A DNA stretch of 64,000 nucleotides from an uncultured Candidatus Bathyarchaeia archaeon (GCA_964491605.1 CAZBGY010000001.1:23694-87693), one strand, 5' to 3'; counted from the stretch's first letter, positions 38,735-49,244 are shown. Notes: generated by a model from the sequence alone, not told the origin. Made by a program: numbers and translations.

Positions 38735-39391
38735 TTACACCTGGTGGCTGTGGGGGGTTGGCGGAAGCCTTAATGATATGTAGAAGTATACTGCTGAAGC
38801 GGTGAATACAGAGTTTAAAAGCCAGCTTATTATCGGCCCGATGTATGATCCGATGATCGGGATTAACGAGAAGCCATACGAGAAGATTGCACCTACAATT
38901 ATCACTACTAGGATGAATACCACTACGTCTCCAAGATTCTTGATAACGAAATCGAATGCTTTTTTCGTGCTTTCGATAGCGTTCAACCCCTCTATTATCG
39001 CGATAACAACTATGAATATCGCTATGGGGAGTAGTATGACTGTTATACTGCATAATGCTGCGATTACAGCTGCGGTAATTAATGTGCCGATCCTGCTCAT
39101 TACCCGATCTAAACTTCTCCCTAGATCTATCGGGCGGTTGTTAGCTGCATCGTTAACCATATCTACGAGCATGCATCCCGCTATGAAGCCTAAAATCGCG
39201 GCGATCAATGAGCCGAAGAGGCTTATGAACGGATTCGGTGCTTCGAAGTAGTAGTATCGTATCGGGAATAGGTATGCTAGCGTATTGAAGATTAATTGTA
39301 TGATGATGGGGATAGCGTAAGGAGCGAATAATACCGGATTCTTTACCGAAACATCTACACCCCTAAGAATCGCCTCTATCGATTTAGACAT
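38735..39391 (-). CDS. hypothetical polytopic membrane protein
   Basis: 218 aa with about 5 hydrophobic helices separated by short charged loops. Preferred over the antisense 149-aa ORF. Confidence 0.4.
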   Translation of the reverse strand: MSKSIEAILRGVDVSVKNPVLFAPYAIPIIIQLIFNTLAYLFPIRYYYFEAPNPFISLFGSLIAAILGFIAGCMLVDMVNDAANNRPIDLGRSLDRVMSRIGTLITAAVIAALCSITVILLPIAIFIVVIAIIEGLNAIESTKKAFDFVIKNLGDVVVFILVVIIVGAIFSYGFSLIPIIGSYIGPIISWLLNSVFTASAVYFYISLRLPPTPHSHQV

Positions 39392-39665
39392 AGCTTTATT
39401 TTTTCATTTACCCTCTTTATTAAGATATCGATTACCCTTTCGGCTGTAGAAGCTTGCGAGTTTAAGATTCTAAGGCTTAGCCCTCCATATTAGATCACCA
39501 CACCTTAGGAAAGCTACTAGGAGGGGTGACCTACACTTATCTAGGAACCGTGATGGATGAGCTTATTTAGGTCTATATCGTTTTAATACTTTATTCAAAT
39601 GTTAAGGAAATGCTTTTAAGACAGTGCTTCAAAATAGAATTTACCGGTGGGTTATAGTGAAGAAG

Positions 39666-40160
39666 ATGACCGAAGATAATCTGAAGAATGCCTTCGCAGG
39701 TGAGAGTCAAGCTCATATGCGGTATTTAATCTTCGCTAGAAGAGCCGAGAAGGAAGGGTTTACGAATATCGCTAGATTGTTTAGAGCGATAGCTTTCGCC
39801 GAGCAAATCCATGCCTTAAACCACTTGAATACGCTGGGTTTAGTACGGTCGACTATCGAGAATCTACAGCTAGCGGTAGATGGGGAGCGATACGAAGTCG
39901 ATGAGATGTATCCAGCCTACGAGGTTGTCGCGAAGCTTCAGGATGAAAGAGGTGCTGGGCGTTCATTCAATTGGGCTCTTCAATCAGAGAGGATGCATGT
40001 AGAGCTTTACCAGAAGGCTAAGCAGGCTGCTGAGAGAGGAGAGGATATCAAAGCAGAAGCGATATATGTATGCGAGGTATGTGGGTATACAGTCGAAGGT
40101 GAAGTACCAGATAGATGCCCGGTATGTGGCGCCGTGAAGGAAAAGTTCGTAAGATTCTAA
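39666..40160 (+). CDS. rbr: rubrerythrin
   Basis: Ferritin-like di-iron motifs (E..A...Y...A, E..H). C-terminal rubredoxin-like CEVCGY...CPVCG. Start assigned to the internal Met (MTEDNLKNAF). Confidence 0.85.
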   Translation: MTEDNLKNAFAGESQAHMRYLIFARRAEKEGFTNIARLFRAIAFAEQIHALNHLNTLGLVRSTIENLQLAVDGERYEVDEMYPAYEVVAKLQDERGAGRSFNWALQSERMHVELYQKAKQAAERGEDIKAEAIYVCEVCGYTVEGEVPDRCPVCGAVKEKFVRF

Positions 40161-40315
40161 TCTATTCCCAATTTTATCTTCCAATTGAGAGGGATAGTCC
40201 TATACCTACCTAGGTTCTAGCCTTATACTCTCTTTCGATAATCTGTTCAGCTAATCTATACGGCGTAAGCTTTAAGGGTTTAAGGACAGGCTACATACCA
40301 TGTGGGGGTCCTATT

Positions 40316-41818
40316 ATGGGTCCTAAGATCGCCTTCATAGGTGCTGGTAGTGCTAGATGGACTAGTAGGATCTTGGTTGATATATTCATGAACGAGGATG
40401 TACGTAATTCTGAGATATGGCTTATGGATATCGACGATTTCAGACTCGATATAATATCGACGTTTGCTAGACGCTATGTAGAGGAGCTTAGACTTCCTAC
40501 GAAGATCTATGCGACTAAGAATAGGAGAGAGGCTCTTAGAGATGCAGACTTCGTTATATCTACAGCTCTACCGAAAGGATATACATACTATGAGACTATG
40601 AGGGATGTATCCGAGGAGTATGGCTACTATAGGGGGATTAATAGTGTTGAATGGAATTTCGTCGGCGACTACCATACTATATGGGGTTATTACCTATTCA
40701 AGCTACACCTGGATATAGCTAGGGATATAGAGGAGCTCGCCCCTAATGCATGGTTCTTCATAGTTTCGAACCCTGTCCTTGAATTAACAACTATGGTTGG
40801 GAGAGAGACAAAGGTTAACGTTGCAGGTATATGTCATGGATTTTTAGGCTATAGAGCTGCCATAGAAGTTCTAGCTATGCGACTTGCTAAGGAGAAACTG
40901 GGTAGGAATATAACTCCATACTGTGCCGCTCATAGACTTGAATGCTACCGTGAAATCTTCAATCTAATTGATTTAGATGATGTGGAAGTCGAGATGAAGG
41001 GTTTAAACCATGTTATATGGTTGACGAAGTTCACTTATGGAGGTGAAGATGGTTATAGGTATATAGGTGAATGGGTTAAGGAAGATGCTGAAGAGTATTG
41101 GAGTGTATGGAGGGAACATACGACTAATCCATGGGACCTAGATCTGTGCCCTGCAGCTATAGATATGTATAAGACGTATGGATACCTCCCCATAGGTGAT
41201 AGCGTTCGTGGCGGTACATGGAAATATCATTGGGATCTTAAAACCAAGCAGTACTGGTATGGGCCATATGGTGGTCCTGACTCGGAGATAGGCTGTGCTA
41301 TAAGGATATTACAGGTGAGGAGGAATATCGAGGAGATGGCTAGGATATCCTTCGATAAATCAAAGCCTGTATCGTCGTCAGTTCCATTGAGACCAAGTGG
41401 TGAAGTTATAGTAGCCCTGATAGACTCTATATATAATGATAAACCTATGGATAGCTATGAGCTACCATTCTTCGGAAGGAATATACGTGTACCGATATAT
41501 GTAAACGTAATGAATAAAGAGGCTGTACCCAACATCCCTAGTGATGTAGCTGTTGAGACTCATGTAAAGGTTGATGGGAGAGGTATACATCCAATACAGG
41601 GTAAAGCGATCCCTGATAAACTCTATAAGTACTCCATACTACCTAGGATAATGAGGATGGAGTGGGCTCTAGAAGCTAACCTGAGGGGTGGGCGAGATAG
41701 CTTAATTCAATGGCTCATCGTAGATGTGAGGACTAAGAGTATGAAACAAGTAGAAGACGTTATAGATGCCATACTAAAGCTTCCAGGAAACGAGGAGATG
41801 GCTAAACACTTCAGCTAA
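40316..41818 (+). CDS. glycoside hydrolase family 4 (NAD+/Mn2+-dependent glycosidase)
   Basis: N-terminal KIAFIGAGSARWT Rossmann motif, ~500 aa, conserved GICHG motif. Confidence 0.8.
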   Translation: MGPKIAFIGAGSARWTSRILVDIFMNEDVRNSEIWLMDIDDFRLDIISTFARRYVEELRLPTKIYATKNRREALRDADFVISTALPKGYTYYETMRDVSEEYGYYRGINSVEWNFVGDYHTIWGYYLFKLHLDIARDIEELAPNAWFFIVSNPVLELTTMVGRETKVNVAGICHGFLGYRAAIEVLAMRLAKEKLGRNITPYCAAHRLECYREIFNLIDLDDVEVEMKGLNHVIWLTKFTYGGEDGYRYIGEWVKEDAEEYWSVWREHTTNPWDLDLCPAAIDMYKTYGYLPIGDSVRGGTWKYHWDLKTKQYWYGPYGGPDSEIGCAIRILQVRRNIEEMARISFDKSKPVSSSVPLRPSGEVIVALIDSIYNDKPMDSYELPFFGRNIRVPIYVNVMNKEAVPNIPSDVAVETHVKVDGRGIHPIQGKAIPDKLYKYSILPRIMRMEWALEANLRGGRDSLIQWLIVDVRTKSMKQVEDVIDAILKLPGNEEMAKHFS

Positions 41819-41951
41819 CCTTCCATCGATCAGAAGCTGACACCTACTTAAATACAGCTCTTTAATTAATATAATAATTGAATCGAGCCAGGGTAATTAA
41901 ACCGCAAAGCTATATTTAAGTAGGTGTTCAGCAGAATTTTTCTCCGATTAT

Positions 41952-42356
41952 ATGTTTCTATATCTCCGTCCGCTACAATTCATTTTAGGTGTATGGATCT
42001 TAGTTGACAGTCTTACTGCTATGATACTAATATATCCCCCCTCAGATATATGGTTCGTCATACGTTTCATCAGGGTAGCTATAGGCTTTACGATACTTTT
42101 AGAAGCTCAAAGAATACGATTAAATCTTTTCGCGTACGTTAAAGGTTTAGAAAATCCACTTTATAGGCATATCCGTGCTTACACGAGCTTACTAAGCCTA
42201 GTAGGGGTATGGCTTATTGCAGATGGTTTGACAACCGGTCTACTAGGGTATACGCATCCGATACTACTATGGCAGCTTATACGTATCGCTAGGCTTGTCG
42301 CAGGCCTATTTCTAATCTTAACGAGCTTCCTCTATAGAACGCTTCAAGCTAGGTAG
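41952..42356 (+). CDS. hypothetical small membrane protein (4 TM)
   Basis: 134-aa hydrophobic ORF with two internally similar halves (…LIADGLTTGLLGY…). Confidence 0.35.
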   Translation: MFLYLRPLQFILGVWILVDSLTAMILIYPPSDIWFVIRFIRVAIGFTILLEAQRIRLNLFAYVKGLENPLYRHIRAYTSLLSLVGVWLIADGLTTGLLGYTHPILLWQLIRIARLVAGLFLILTSFLYRTLQAR

Positions 42357-42505
42357 ATAAATATTGCTAGCATGTGGAACCGGTTTCCCATGATAGGAAG
42401 ATCGGTGCTCTCCGTGCATTAGATCCATAGCGTAAAAGGCAGCCCCCGGTTTATCTAGCTATCTTAAGAGTTTTATCAGTATAGATACGATTCATTTAGA
42501 TAGCT

Positions 42506-43522
42506 ATGAGGAAGATCGGGTTTGGCGTTATAGGTGTAGGTATTCAGGGGGAGAGGCATGCCGCCGCATACGCGAGGCATCCTCTAGCTAAGCTTGTAGC
42601 CGTAGCTGATATCGATAGATCTAGAGCCGAACGCGTCGCTAGGATGTATGGTGCTAAAGCATACTTTACGGATTACCATAAGCTGCTAGAGATGGATGAT
42701 GTAGAAGCTATTTCTATTGCTACACCAGATTTCCTTCATAGAGGTCCATGTATAGCTGCTGCTGAAGCTGATAAGCATATCCTCGTAGAGAAGCCTATGG
42801 CTACCTCTGTAGACGACTGTCTAGCTATGATCGATGCGTGTAGGAGGGCTGGGGTGAAGCTTATGGTCGCATTCCATAATCGATGGAATCCTGTATTCGT
42901 ACAGACTAAGTATGCTATCTCTAATGGGGATCTCGGTAAGCTTATATACGCTTACGCTAGGTTGAACGATACGATATACGTGCCTACAGGTATGCTTTCA
43001 TGGGCATCTAAAACTAGTAGCCTATGGTTCCTAGGAAGCCATGTGATCGATCTCATACTCTGGCTCTTCGAGGAGAATCCTGTAAAGGTTTACGGATTCC
43101 AGAGAAGTGTTAAGCTTAGAAGTATGGGTATAGATACCCCAGATCTCTACGGATACATACTACATTTTAGAGATGCGGTAACCTTCGGAGAGAATGTATG
43201 GATATTACCAGATGGATCACCCACTATAGCGGAGTTTAAGCTCGAGCTTATAGGGGATAGAGGATGCATATATACGGATCACTCTAGAGGTAGATCCATA
43301 GAGAAGGTTACCGATAGATATAGCATACCGGATACATATGTATACTACGATCTATACGGTAAACCCTCAGGCTTCACCGTCGAATGTATAAATCACTTCG
43401 TAGAGTGCGTAGTAGAGGATAGGGAGCCTATGGTTAAAGGCGAAGATGGCTTAGCAGTAACTAGAGTAATATCTTCTATACTGGAATCTATCGAGAGATC
43501 GACCGAGATTTATCTAAGCTAG
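42506..43522 (+). CDS. Gfo/Idh/MocA-family NAD(P)-dependent oxidoreductase
   Basis: N-terminal IGFGVIGVGIQG Rossmann motif, the EKP motif (ILVEKPMA) and a C-terminal alpha/beta domain. Confidence 0.85.
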   Translation: MRKIGFGVIGVGIQGERHAAAYARHPLAKLVAVADIDRSRAERVARMYGAKAYFTDYHKLLEMDDVEAISIATPDFLHRGPCIAAAEADKHILVEKPMATSVDDCLAMIDACRRAGVKLMVAFHNRWNPVFVQTKYAISNGDLGKLIYAYARLNDTIYVPTGMLSWASKTSSLWFLGSHVIDLILWLFEENPVKVYGFQRSVKLRSMGIDTPDLYGYILHFRDAVTFGENVWILPDGSPTIAEFKLELIGDRGCIYTDHSRGRSIEKVTDRYSIPDTYVYYDLYGKPSGFTVECINHFVECVVEDREPMVKGEDGLAVTRVISSILESIERSTEIYLS

Positions 43523-43656
43523 CTTTAACGATGGTGGGATCTAAACCTGCCGTCTACAACTACGGTTATTCCCCCTATCTTCTGTGCCGAAGTAAACTTT
43601 TTACGAGAAGCTGAAGCTTATCTAGCTGGATATAACCTCGGTGAGGTGCAGCTTCC

Positions 43657-44601
43657 ATGGGTAGCTTCGATCCTAGATCATTCATAGAAGAGAAGGTTGA
43701 ATGGCTTAAGAGGGAGGTAGGATCTAAGGATGCTATAGTAGCACTCTCAGGGGGTGTCGATAGCTCTGTGACGGCTGTGCTCGGGTTTAAAGCGATAGGC
43801 TCTCGTCTAAAGCCTATATTCCTAGAGGATGGGTTTATGAGGATAGGCGAACCTGAAAGGGTTAAAAGCATCTTCGAAAAGCTTGGTATCGAGATACGTA
43901 TCTACAATGTGGAAGACGAGTTTCTAGAAGCTCTCAGAGGCGTAAGGGATGCCGAGGAGAAGAGGAAGCGTTTCCGCGATACATTCTACAAGGTGTTCTC
44001 ACGGATAGCTCGAGAACTTGGGGTTGAGATAGTCTTGCAAGGAACTATAGCCGCAGATATCGTCGAAACCAGGGGTGGTGTTAAGACTCAGCATAACGTA
44101 CTCGAGCAGATAGGTATAGATCCGCTTAGGAGTTACGGATTTAAAGTTCTTGAGCCCCTCAGAGATCTATACAAGCATCAAGTTAGGCTTTTAGCTAGGG
44201 AGCTTAGCCTTCCAGATGAGATAGTTAATCGTAGACCGTTTCCAGGTCCAGGTTTATCGATAAGAATAGTGGGGGAGGTTACTAGGGATAAGCTCTCCGT
44301 GATAAAGAGGGCTACGGCTATAGTGGATGAGGAGCTTTCAGATATAAAATGCTTTCAAGCTTTCCCGGTTTTATTAGATGGGATGGCTACGGGCCTCAGG
44401 GAGGATGGGGGTAGAAAGTATGGATATATCATAGCTTTAAGGGTGGTTGAATCTGAGGATGCTATGACTGCTAGATACGTGAAGCTGGATTGGAGTAGAC
44501 TCGAAAGTGTTAGGGATAGATTAATAAGAGAGATTCCCGAGATAGCTAGGGTTCTATACGATATAACCGATAAACCGCCGGCTACCATAGAATTCGAGTA
44601 G
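43657..44601 (+). CDS. guaAB: GMP synthase [glutamine-hydrolysing] subunit B (ATP pyrophosphatase)
   Basis: PP-loop SGGVDSS, 314 aa, C-terminal GMP-synthase dimerisation region (…PPATIEFE). Confidence 0.8.
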   Translation: MGSFDPRSFIEEKVEWLKREVGSKDAIVALSGGVDSSVTAVLGFKAIGSRLKPIFLEDGFMRIGEPERVKSIFEKLGIEIRIYNVEDEFLEALRGVRDAEEKRKRFRDTFYKVFSRIARELGVEIVLQGTIAADIVETRGGVKTQHNVLEQIGIDPLRSYGFKVLEPLRDLYKHQVRLLARELSLPDEIVNRRPFPGPGLSIRIVGEVTRDKLSVIKRATAIVDEELSDIKCFQAFPVLLDGMATGLREDGGRKYGYIIALRVVESEDAMTARYVKLDWSRLESVRDRLIREIPEIARVLYDITDKPPATIEFE

Positions 44602-44612
44602 ATACATGTAAT

Positions 44613-45809
44613 CTAACGCATTAAACTTAAGATGATGAGTGATAGTAAGTATACGATTATAGCTGATGGGATCAGTCTCTTGTAAACCGCGTATATACTC
44701 GATCTATAGTATCCTACGGTAAGTACCAAGCATAGATGTAGAGGGGAGATCAAATAGGAGAATATTATCGATATGTAGACTGCGGATGCCGTGGATACAG
44801 ACATATCTCCTATTACCGCAGATGCTATAGGAAGTACGAGAGCTATACCGGCTGAAGGCATAGCTGTCGCTAAACCCACCATCCACGCTATCGCTAATGC
44901 TATCGATACCGGTGAGAGATACATCGATGAGAGGTGTGGTAAAGCTGCATCTATCAGTCCTGAACGATTCAATGTATACCTGAAAATCATAACGCCTGGT
45001 ATAGCTAGCGGGAGGCTTACGTTAACCCTCCTCAGAGCCTTTAACGCTTCGTTAAGCTTCATACGGGTGATAGCTATCGTGTAAGCTATAGCTACCGTTA
45101 AAGCTATAACCATGTTTAACCCTATGATGGTTAGAACGATTGCTATAGCTATAGGGGAGATATTCACTAGTGCACGGTATATCAGCTCACCGCTCCGCTT
45201 ATCTATAGCATGATCCCTCGGGTTAGCTACTCTACATAAAGTTGCTACGTAACCTACCGCTACGTATAGCGCAAGTACCGGTACCTGCACTGCTATAAGA
45301 TTATAAAGGCTTACACCTGATAGCGTCGAAGCTAGTATGATAGCTGATGAAAGTGGGTATACGAAGAAATTCCAGTGCCTAAACCATACGTTTACGAAGC
45401 TCTTCTCATCGCTATTTAAACTTAGCTTATCGGCTATATTATCTATCATCGGAGCTGATAGTAGAGCCCCGCCAGGCATAGGTAGGCTACCCATAATAGC
45501 TGGTATTATCGCTAGGATAGCTTTCGCGGATAGAAGTTTTCTTGTAGAATCTATCAGCCGCTGGATCATACCAGACTCGTTCATATATATGGCTAGGATC
45601 TGTATCAGAGCTACTATGGATGTAAGCTCCACTGTTTCCAAATCCGTTACAGCCTCTATGATGGTTTCTAGAAAGATAGCTGGGTTCATCATGGACACTA
45701 ATGCTATAGCGACAGCTCCGATGAATAGTGCGAGGCCATAATTTACATGCTTAGTAACTAGTAGGACGACGGTTATAAACGGGATAGCTATGAGTATTAA
45801 GGGAAGCAT
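44613..45809 (-). CDS. polytopic membrane protein, putative permease (10-12 TM)
   Basis: 398 aa, hydrophobic throughout; no soluble domain. Confidence 0.45.
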   Translation of the reverse strand: MLPLILIAIPFITVVLLVTKHVNYGLALFIGAVAIALVSMMNPAIFLETIIEAVTDLETVELTSIVALIQILAIYMNESGMIQRLIDSTRKLLSAKAILAIIPAIMGSLPMPGGALLSAPMIDNIADKLSLNSDEKSFVNVWFRHWNFFVYPLSSAIILASTLSGVSLYNLIAVQVPVLALYVAVGYVATLCRVANPRDHAIDKRSGELIYRALVNISPIAIAIVLTIIGLNMVIALTVAIAYTIAITRMKLNEALKALRRVNVSLPLAIPGVMIFRYTLNRSGLIDAALPHLSSMYLSPVSIALAIAWMVGLATAMPSAGIALVLPIASAVIGDMSVSTASAVYISIIFSYLISPLHLCLVLTVGYYRSSIYAVYKRLIPSAIIVYLLSLIILSLMR

Positions 45810-46050
45810 AACTTGTTTAAACGTGGTTAAACACCCTATAAATCTTAGCTATGATGAGATGCCGTAGCGTTATGCTCGAGGCTTAGATCCATGCTCTATA
45901 CGCATACTCCTATCTATACTACTACCCGTCTTCCTTATACTTCTCAGTTTCATATAGATATCATCCATCTAGGAGTAGAGGGGTATTCTCTTCGAATATG
46001 TTGTATAAACCTTTATAGAATGCCGATGTGGCGATAAATAGTGACTTGGT

Positions 46051-47946
46051 TTGGCAGCCTCCTTCATACGCGAAGTAGTATTGGAGAATTTTATGAGCTA
46101 CGAGTATGCTAGAGTTAAGCTTGCACCTGGTTTAAACCTTATATGTGGACCGAACGGCTCCGGAAAGTCATCGATACTTCTAGGTATATCCGTAGCTCTA
46201 GGTCAAACTTACACGGAGAGGGCGAGGAGGCTCAGTGATCTTATAAGATGGGGTCGCGATATAGCGCGTGTAACTTTAATTTTCGATAATAGCGGTGAAG
46301 GGGAAGGTAAGCTTTTTCCTTCTATTAGATCCTCCACCGTATCTATCTCAAGGATACTCAGGAGGGATGGGACTTATAGCTTCTACGTGTTAGGTGAGGA
46401 GAAGCCTAAACTAGAGGTTATAGAGTTTCTAAGCAAGGTGGGTTTAGATCCAGATAATCCGTTTATAATAATGCATCAAGGTACGATAGAAGAATTTGTA
46501 GCGATACATCCAGAGGAGAAGCTTAAGCTTCTAGAGAAGGCTGTAGGTTTCGAAGATTATCGAAGAAATATACTGGAGGCTAGAAGTAGGCTCTCGAAGG
46601 TTCTATCAGAGGAGAAGATTATCCGCGAGAGAATAGCTGATGCTGAATCTACGCTAGAATACTGGCGTAGAGAATACGAGAAGCTTATACAGTATAGACG
46701 GCTTAGAAGGAAGGAGGATGAGCTTAAGCTAGAGTTTTCATGGGCTAGGATACTAGATCTCGAGGATAAGCTAGCTAAACTATCCAGTAAGGTTGAACTC
46801 TATAGTCGGAGGATATCGAAGCTTGAGAAGATATGTTATGATGCTAAGTCTAAGATCGCGGATGTAGAGAAGGATTTCGAGAGTTTGATCTTTGATGAGG
46901 ATAGGTTATTTGAGAAAATCATAGCATCAGAGAAGCTTCTATCAATGCTATCTGAAGATTTACGTATACTCAAATCGTATGGAGGTAGGCTGCCGGCTGA
47001 ATTTGAAGCTGAGGTTAGGGGTAAAGTTTCGGATCCAAAAAGAATCGAATCTGATCTAAGAGATATGTATAGAGCCTACAGCGGGTTAAGGGTTAGAGAA
47101 CGTGAGATATTCAAACGGTATGCGGAGTTATGCGTCGAGGAGGCGTTAGCTTCATCTGAGATAACTAGGCTTATAGATGAGAGGAAGCGTATGGAGGCTA
47201 AGATATCCGATTTGAAATCTAAGATTGAATCCATGTTATCGGAGGTAGGTAGCTCATCATCTAAACCTCCTACCGTTAGAAGTTTACCGGAGATAGAGAA
47301 TGAGTTGAGAAGCGTAGAGGCTAGGATTAGAGCTCTAGGATCCGTCTCAGAAGATGTAGCATCTATATACGAGAAATATAGGAGCGTCTACGATGAACTG
47401 AAATCCAGGCTTGAAATAGTCTCAGAGAATAAGAATCTACTCCTACGAGAACTAGATGAAAGGGTTAAGATTTGGAGGGAAGCATTGGAGAAATTACTGG
47501 ATAGTGTGAATAAGGAGTTTCAGAGTATACTTGAAGAGTTTGGCTATGTAGGATACGCTAAACTGTCTAATCCATATGATATCGATAGGAGTGGACTCGA
47601 GATATACATGGGGACGCCTGGTTTGGATCCAGTACCCCTCAATAATCTTACTCAAAGCGGTGGTGAGAGGAGTCTAGCTGTATCCACATTCCTTATAGCT
47701 CTTCAGCAGTATGTGAAAAGCCCGTTTAGAGCTTTAGACGAGTATGATGTACATATGGATCCGGTGAATAGGGAGGCGATCTTTAAGCATATAGTAGAAC
47801 GTCTATCCGGTAAGGAGAAGATCCAGTACGTAGTTATAACGCCGAATCCACTACCAGTAGCAGCTAGAGTAGCTAATGTTATAGTAGTTCAGAAGGTGGG
47901 AGGTAGATCTAAGGTTGGGAGGATCGAAGCCTGCATCGAAGCGTAG
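46051..47946 (+). CDS. short SMC-like ATPase (ABC-type head domains flanking ~300 aa coiled coil)
   Basis: N-terminal Walker A GPNGSGKSS. C-terminal signature LTQSGGERSLAVSTF plus Walker B/D-loop ALDEYDVHMD. The central heptad-rich region has no CxxC hook and no canonical hinge. 631 aa. Confidence 0.7.
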   Translation: MAASFIREVVLENFMSYEYARVKLAPGLNLICGPNGSGKSSILLGISVALGQTYTERARRLSDLIRWGRDIARVTLIFDNSGEGEGKLFPSIRSSTVSISRILRRDGTYSFYVLGEEKPKLEVIEFLSKVGLDPDNPFIIMHQGTIEEFVAIHPEEKLKLLEKAVGFEDYRRNILEARSRLSKVLSEEKIIRERIADAESTLEYWRREYEKLIQYRRLRRKEDELKLEFSWARILDLEDKLAKLSSKVELYSRRISKLEKICYDAKSKIADVEKDFESLIFDEDRLFEKIIASEKLLSMLSEDLRILKSYGGRLPAEFEAEVRGKVSDPKRIESDLRDMYRAYSGLRVREREIFKRYAELCVEEALASSEITRLIDERKRMEAKISDLKSKIESMLSEVGSSSSKPPTVRSLPEIENELRSVEARIRALGSVSEDVASIYEKYRSVYDELKSRLEIVSENKNLLLRELDERVKIWREALEKLLDSVNKEFQSILEEFGYVGYAKLSNPYDIDRSGLEIYMGTPGLDPVPLNNLTQSGGERSLAVSTFLIALQQYVKSPFRALDEYDVHMDPVNREAIFKHIVERLSGKEKIQYVVITPNPLPVAARVANVIVVQKVGGRSKVGRIEACIEA

Positions 47947-48694
47947 GGTAGCGACTGTGAAAAGGGAGGTTGAGAAGCTTATAGCACAGTGTAGACTTAC
48001 GGTTAAACGTGGAGCTGATCCATTCCAAGTGGATGTGAAGGGTTCTCTAGCTACGCTTAGAAACTTCATCGAATTAGCTTCTAGCTTAGATGATATACGT
48101 CTAGATGGCGAAGCCTTATACAATCTATCTACGATAGTCGAATCCCAGGATAGATGGATCAAGTTTAGATCTAGTAAGCTTTTCGTGGATCCTATGTTCA
48201 TAGAATCTAGGGTTAAAACTGCTTCCAGTAGGATGTTGGCACGCATACTCGTATCGTGCTGGACACCTACAGCATCCATCGATACGTTAACTCCTTCGAT
48301 GCTTGATTTAGCAATAAGCTACTGGAATAGGTTAAAGCCTCTTAAAGGTAGATGGGGTAGGCTTTCAGGAAGCTCCACGGAGTATCTAACTCTCTCTTTC
48401 GACGAAGCTTCTAAACTGGGTTTAATCTACGATAAGGGGTTCGAGGAGCTTCTATCAAGTATCGAGGATTATGTTAAACGCCTTCTATCAATTAAAGATA
48501 AGGTTGAGTATAGTGAGGTAGTCAGGGGAAGCTGGGTTGAAATGGTTACTAAAGCTTACCTAATAAGTTTCCTAGTATCATCTGGGCGTCTAGGTCTGGT
48601 ATACGATCCGTCCACCGATAGATTCTATATCACATCGTATAGCAGATCCGATATGCCTAGATCTATCGCCATATCTGTAGGGGTGGGTGGATAA
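47915..48694 (+). CDS. kleisin-like (ScpA-like) candidate partner of the SMC-like ATPase
   Basis: 259 aa; overlaps the SMC-like gene by 32 nt and the downstream gene by 8 nt. Helical N-terminal region with a loose ScpA-like pattern (FQVDVKGSLATLRNFIELASSLDDIRL). Assignment is by context and weak similarity only. Confidence 0.35.
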   Translation: MGGSKPASKRRVATVKREVEKLIAQCRLTVKRGADPFQVDVKGSLATLRNFIELASSLDDIRLDGEALYNLSTIVESQDRWIKFRSSKLFVDPMFIESRVKTASSRMLARILVSCWTPTASIDTLTPSMLDLAISYWNRLKPLKGRWGRLSGSSTEYLTLSFDEASKLGLIYDKGFEELLSSIEDYVKRLLSIKDKVEYSEVVRGSWVEMVTKAYLISFLVSSGRLGLVYDPSTDRFYITSYSRSDMPRSIAISVGVGG

Positions 48695-49244
48695 CGGTAT
48701 GGGGTCTAAGAGGGATTTGGAAGAGAGAGCTAGAAGAGCTTTACAGTTGCTATTAGTGCAGAGGCATAGAAAGCCTGGTGTGAAAGGGTGGGAGCTTAGA
48801 CGATCCATAGGTAAAAACTACCTTAATATTCTTGAATACCTGAACGAGAAGCTGGACTCCTACGGTTTATGCATTAGGATGGTGTACGAAGGTGAAGAAA
48901 CAACCCCTGACCAAGCTAGATTCCTCGTTACCGTGAAGGATAGTATAAGGATGAGTGAAGCTATATCTGCAGGTTGGCGTATAGATGAGCTTGCAATACT
49001 CGCAGCTTCTATAGCGTATATAGCTTCAAGGCAGGGATCCATAAGTTCTAGGGAGCTTCTCCGTCTACTCGAAGTTAAGTTTCCAAGCTGGTTTATAGAA
49101 GCTACCTTGAGGCGGCTTATAAGATATGGATACCTTGAACGTGATGGGGATATCGTAAAGATAGGATGGAGGAGTAAAGCTGAGATCGATGGAGGCAAGC
49201 TTCTTGAACTCATAGTTAAAATGGATGTTGTAAGCGAGAGTTGA
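48687..49244 (+). CDS. ScpB/MukE-like tandem winged-helix (kite-like) protein
   Basis: 185 aa with two wHTH-like halves (…GWELRRSIGKNYLNILEYLNEKLDSYGL… and …SISSRELLRLLEVKFPSWFIEATLRRLIRYGYLE…); terminal gene of the tight 3-gene operon. Confidence 0.45.
   Translation: MDNGMGSKRDLEERARRALQLLLVQRHRKPGVKGWELRRSIGKNYLNILEYLNEKLDSYGLCIRMVYEGEETTPDQARFLVTVKDSIRMSEAISAGWRIDELAILAASIAYIASRQGSISSRELLRLLEVKFPSWFIEATLRRLIRYGYLERDGDIVKIGWRSKAEIDGGKLLELIVKMDVVSES

Noticed and set aside
39624-39665. N-terminal 14-aa extension of rubrerythrin (MLQNRIYRWVIVKK)
   Set aside because: Rubrerythrins begin at the conserved ...L.NAFAGESQA helix. The internal Met at 39666 is the likely start.
46051-47946. Rad50 identification of the SMC-like ATPase
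   Set aside because: No CxxC zinc-hook in the coiled-coil middle and no Mre11 gene adjacent. The partners look like kleisin/kite rather than a nuclease.
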